From positions 2,507,965 to 2,571,964 of the forward strand of contig OZ241738.1 in NCBI GenBank assembly GCA_965200925.1: 64,000 nt of DNA, read 5' to 3'. Position 1 is the stretch's first letter. Every line of letters begins with the position of its first letter. The notes under the pieces are model-generated. The model searched no databases, had not been told where the DNA came from, and saw only the letters and a list, made by a program, of their open reading frames with translations. Made by a program: the position numbers and the translations under genes. The DNA comes from Alphaproteobacteria bacterium. Lineage in GTDB: Bacteria > Pseudomonadota > Alphaproteobacteria > UBA828. Below, one piece after another: positions 60,689-64,000 of this stretch.

Positions 60689-61090
60689 TCAGGCGGGGTC
60701 GGGGGCGAAATCCTCGCCGTAGCGGGTGGAGGTCCCGGTGGTGTGGAAGGTCTCCCACGCCACGCCTTGCGGGTCACGCACCCATGTCTTGTCGCCGCGC
60801 GCGTAGCAGCAGCGGGCGTCCCGCTGGTCCGTACACGCCGCGCCCGCCGCCTTGAGCCGCCCGGCGAGCGCGCCGAGCGCCGCAGCGCTCTCCACCTGGA
60901 TGCCCAGATGGTCGATGCCGGGCGCCCGGCCGCAGCGGGTCGAGAGGGACAGGTTCACGCGCGGGTCGTCGAGCATCCACTTCGCGTAATCGGGCTTCAG
61001 CACGGTCGGCTCCGCGTCGAACAGGGTGGTGTAGAACGCGACCGAACGGGTGAGATCGGCCACCTCGATGTTGACGTGCAGGCGCTTCAT
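60689..61090 (-). CDS. ArsI/CadI family VOC metalloenzyme
   Basis: MKRLHVNI, YAKWMLDDPRVN, DHLGIQV, vicinal CCYA..DKTW..DP.G..WE. Confidence 0.88.
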   Translation of the reverse strand: MKRLHVNIEVADLTRSVAFYTTLFDAEPTVLKPDYAKWMLDDPRVNLSLSTRCGRAPGIDHLGIQVESAAALGALAGRLKAAGAACTDQRDARCCYARGDKTWVRDPQGVAWETFHTTGTSTRYGEDFAPDPA

Positions 61091-61152
61091 GCCTTCCTCC
61101 TCCGTGCGCGCATCGCTCCTGTCGGCAGAGATGGGGCGCAGGGCCCGCCCGG

Positions 61153-62058
61153 TCAAGCGCCACCCGACCGCCGCGCCGAGTGGATCAGCAGCGCCACGCC
61201 CGCCAGCATGAGCGCGGCGGCGGCCCAGGCGTGCGGGCTGTGGCTCTCGCCGAAGAACAGGATGCCCCAGCCGAGCCCGGCCGCCACCACCACGTAGTTG
61301 AACTGCGAGAAGAACACCGGCCCGGCCGCGCGCACGATGACGAGGAAGGTGACGTACATCGTGACGGTGACGGCGGCGGCGCCCAGGATCGCGAGATCGG
61401 CGACGGCCGCCGGCCCCGGCACGACATAGGTCTCGCCGAGCACCGCCATCGCCGGCGCCAGCATGAGTGCGGCGGCCGACACGATGCCGGCGGCGAAGGT
61501 CACCACCGGCGTCTCCGGCGGGTCGATCAGCGCCGCGAGGTTGTTGGTCAGCGCGAAGGACGCCGGCGCCAGCAGGGCGAGCAGGAACCACCAGACCATG
61601 CCCGGCTCGGGCAGAGAGAATTCCGGCACCGCCATCAGCAGGATGCCGCCCACGCCGCAGGCGACGCCCGCGAGGCCCAGCTTGCGCACACGCTCCAGCC
61701 CGAGCGCCAGCGCGATCAGGTAGGTGAGCGGCGGCGACAGGATCACCACCATCGAGAGGATGCCCGTCGGCAGCTTCGGCGCGAGCCAAGTCATGAGCGC
61801 CACCGGTGCCGCGATGCCGAACAGCCCGATGGCGAAATAGGCGGCGAGGTGGCGCGCCGCCAGCCGGGGCAGCGCGCGGCGCCAGGCGGCGGCGGCCAGC
61901 AGCAGGAGAGCGGCGGCCAATGTCTGCCAGAAGGCGAAGGCGACCGGCGGCGTCCCGCCCTCCACGGCGATCTTGTTCATCGTGAAGATCAGCGGATAGA
62001 CCGCGCCGACCGTGAACAGGAGGACGGTCGGGACGGCGAGCGGCCCGCGGCGGCGCAT
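61153..62058 (-). CDS. DMT/EamA family transporter
   Basis: About 10 TM helices, AGPVFFSQFNY, WGILFFGE. Confidence 0.9.
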   Translation of the reverse strand: MRRRGPLAVPTVLLFTVGAVYPLIFTMNKIAVEGGTPPVAFAFWQTLAAALLLLAAAAWRRALPRLAARHLAAYFAIGLFGIAAPVALMTWLAPKLPTGILSMVVILSPPLTYLIALALGLERVRKLGLAGVACGVGGILLMAVPEFSLPEPGMVWWFLLALLAPASFALTNNLAALIDPPETPVVTFAAGIVSAAALMLAPAMAVLGETYVVPGPAAVADLAILGAAAVTVTMYVTFLVIVRAAGPVFFSQFNYVVVAAGLGWGILFFGESHSPHAWAAAALMLAGVALLIHSARRSGGA

Positions 62059-62087
62059 GAGGGGCCGGGGGTCGGGGGAGGAGCGGC

Positions 62088-62885
62088 CTACACGGCCCGC
62101 GCGGCGGCGGGCGCCGCGAGCAGGCAGTCGTCGGCGAGGGGGACGAGGGGCGCGAAGTCGCGATGGGCGATGTACGCGGGCCGTGCGAAGCGCCGGATCG
62201 CGTTGTCCGCGGCGTTGGCCGAGAGATAGACCGCCCGCCGCCCCCAGGGCGACATGTTAGGCGCCGAGCCGTGCACCAAGTTGCAGTGGAAAAAGAGCGC
62301 GGCGCCGGGCGGGCCCTTGGGCGCGGCGATCCCGCCTTCCGCCGCGAGCCTGGCCACGGTCGTGTTGTCGATGGTCCAGAGCGGGTAGCTCGTGGTGGCG
62401 GTGTCGTGGCTGGCGGCGATGCGGCCCGCCTTGTGGGAGCGCGGGATGAGCATCAGCGGGCCGTTGAATTCCGTCACCTCGTCGAGGAAGACGGCGAGGT
62501 TCATCGCCCGCGGCGCGGGCATCAGGTCGTCGCGGGCCCAGGTGCCGTAGTCCTGGTGCCACTGCCACACGTCGCCGTCGAAGGCGGCCTTGGCGTTGAC
62601 CTTGAATTGGTGGATGTAGACCGCGCCGCCCAGCACCTGCATCGCCGGCCCGATCAGGCGCGGATGGCGCGCGAGGCGGGCGAAGAGCGCGTTGTAGGTA
62701 TGGACGGCGAAGGCCGTGCGCACCGCGCCGCCCTGCCGCTCGCGCACGATTTCTGGCCCCTCCCGGGCGAAGACCGCCGGCAGCTCGGCCCGCAGCGCCG
62801 CCGTTTCCGCCTTCGAGAAGAGAGCGGGAAGGAACAGGAAGCCCTCCCGATCCAGCGTCTCCCGTTGCTCGGCCGAGAGCTCCAT
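62088..62885 (-). CDS. Phytanoyl-CoA dioxygenase family (ectoine/proline hydroxylase-like)
   Basis: HQFKVNAK, WHQDY (HxD), NGPL.LIP.SH, VHGSAPN. Confidence 0.9.
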   Translation of the reverse strand: MELSAEQRETLDREGFLFLPALFSKAETAALRAELPAVFAREGPEIVRERQGGAVRTAFAVHTYNALFARLARHPRLIGPAMQVLGGAVYIHQFKVNAKAAFDGDVWQWHQDYGTWARDDLMPAPRAMNLAVFLDEVTEFNGPLMLIPRSHKAGRIAASHDTATTSYPLWTIDNTTVARLAAEGGIAAPKGPPGAALFFHCNLVHGSAPNMSPWGRRAVYLSANAADNAIRRFARPAYIAHRDFAPLVPLADDCLLAAPAAARAV

Positions 62886-63082
62886 CGCCTCACCATGCGC
62901 CCCCCACCCCTCGCGGTCAAGAAGATGGATTCTCAAATCTGGAATCCGCCTCCGCGCAGGGCATTCCGCAGCGCGCGGAAGAAGCGGAGGATGCGAGAAA
63001 TGCGGGATGGCGCCTTCTCCCCTCTCGCGCGGCCCGGGCCGGACGCCGGATCGCGCTTGTGGCCGGCGGCGGGAGCGGATAG

Positions 63083-63097
63083 GAACATATTATGCAC
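63083..63097 (+). promoter_or_regulatory. LexA-box-like motif
   Basis: GAAC-ATATTAT-GCAC, one mismatch to GAAC-N7-GAAC, AT-rich spacer in GC-rich DNA. Confidence 0.4.
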
Positions 63098-63333
63098 AGA
63101 TGGTCATGCGCCGGGCGTCGGATGCCGGTTTGCCGCGCCCGCCAGTCGTGATACCGTCCGGGCCCGCGTCGGGGAGTGTGCGATGGGAGGCAGCGCGGCC
63201 CGCATGGATGACTCGGCAGCCTGCCGCAGGATGCCGGGCGCCCGGCACGAGACGGCCAATCGCCCGATCGTCGAGCACGGCGAGGCGTGGGGCACGACCG
63301 GCATACGCCCATCCGCGATGCCTTCGCGTTCCC

Positions 63334-64000
63334 ATGCTTGACGCGGCTCTGGCGCGTTTCGAGCGCAACCGGAGCTGGGGCGCCAATCCGGACATCCCCG
63401 CCTGGGTCGATATCGAAACGGTGGGTCTCGATCAGTTCTTCACGCGCGCCCCCATCGCCGAGCGGTGTCACGAGTCCCTTCTGTGGTGGATGGCGCGGGA
63501 CGGTGCGAGGCCGGAGGACTACGCATTCATCGAGCCGGGCGCCGGCGCCGGCGCGTTCTATGATCTCCTGCCGCCAACCCGCCGCATCGGAATCGACATC
63601 CTGCCGTTGCGCGCCGACATCGTGCGCGCCGACTTCCTCGGCTGGCACCCGCCCGCGAACGGCCATCGCCATGCCGTGATCGGCAACCCGCCGTTCGGAT
63701 ACCGGGCATGGCTGGCGCTGGCGTTCATGAACCATGCCGCCCGCTTCGCCGATTACGTCGGCATGATCCTGCCGATGGCGTTTCAGAGCGACGGCAAGGG
63801 AAGCCCCAAGCACCGCGTGGAGGGTTTGCGCTTGATGCACAGCGAGATCCTGCCGCCGGACGGTTTTACCGACACGCGCGGCCAGACGGCGAAGATCAAC
63901 GCCTTGTGGCAGGTTTGGCAGCGGGGCGTGAACAACAATCCCCGAAGAGGCGGATGCGACAGCTGGCTGGATTTGTTCACCGTCGATATGCGCCGGGAGC
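63334..64000 (+). CDS. N6-adenine DNA methyltransferase, gamma class, partial (runs off window)
   Basis: Hand translation from ATG 63334: LDQFFT, FIEPGAGAGAF, IGIDI, ADFL, VIGNPPFG, GMILP. Confidence 0.88.
   Translation, partial: MLDAALARFERNRSWGANPDIPAWVDIETVGLDQFFTRAPIAERCHESLLWWMARDGARPEDYAFIEPGAGAGAFYDLLPPTRRIGIDILPLRADIVRADFLGWHPPANGHRHAVIGNPPFGYRAWLALAFMNHAARFADYVGMILPMAFQSDGKGSPKHRVEGLRLMHSEILPPDGFTDTRGQTAKINALWQVWQRGVNNNPRRGGCDSWLDLFTVDMRRE

Noticed and set aside
62088-62885. Calling the dioxygenase ectD
   Set aside because: WQWHQDYGTWARDD differs from the EctD signature FxWHSDFETWHxEDG and no ect genes are adjacent

Overview
Very GC-rich chromosomal segment of an Alphaproteobacterium. 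Gene content looks Rhodospirillales-like, and a host-associated marine lineage is a guess only. Core genes (slt, dapA, smpB, phaC-like/phaB x2, tkt, ubiD, thyX, mrp, hflKC, aapJQMP) are interleaved with catabolic oxidoreductases (two OYE/TMADH-type enzymes, a xanthine-dehydrogenase-family trio, SDRs, IlvD/Edd, GMC, CoA ligase, amidase), two adenylate cyclases and three DNA-methyltransferase/restriction loci (BglII-like type II, type III mod-res, a partial N6-adenine MTase). The most notable signals are two surface-lipoprotein loci, each fronted by a repeat that could act as an expression switch. (i) A C18 tract places the only plausible ATG out of frame with the lipobox of an LpoB/COG3014/YcfL-type lipoprotein cluster. 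(ii) A perfect 14-bp x9.6 array lies between a clear sigma70-like promoter and a low-GC TbpB-like lipoprotein gene, and its unit is complementary to the downstream Shine-Dalgarno region. That gene sits in a small islet with two DUF1640-like membrane proteins and an orphan phage portal gene. Also notable: an orphan ureE-ureG pair, LexA-box-like motifs ahead of two MTase genes, and a small ORF overlapping phaC in another frame. No rRNA, tRNA, CRISPR array, integrase or transposase was recognised. All family assignments are by eye from motifs; no database search was run.
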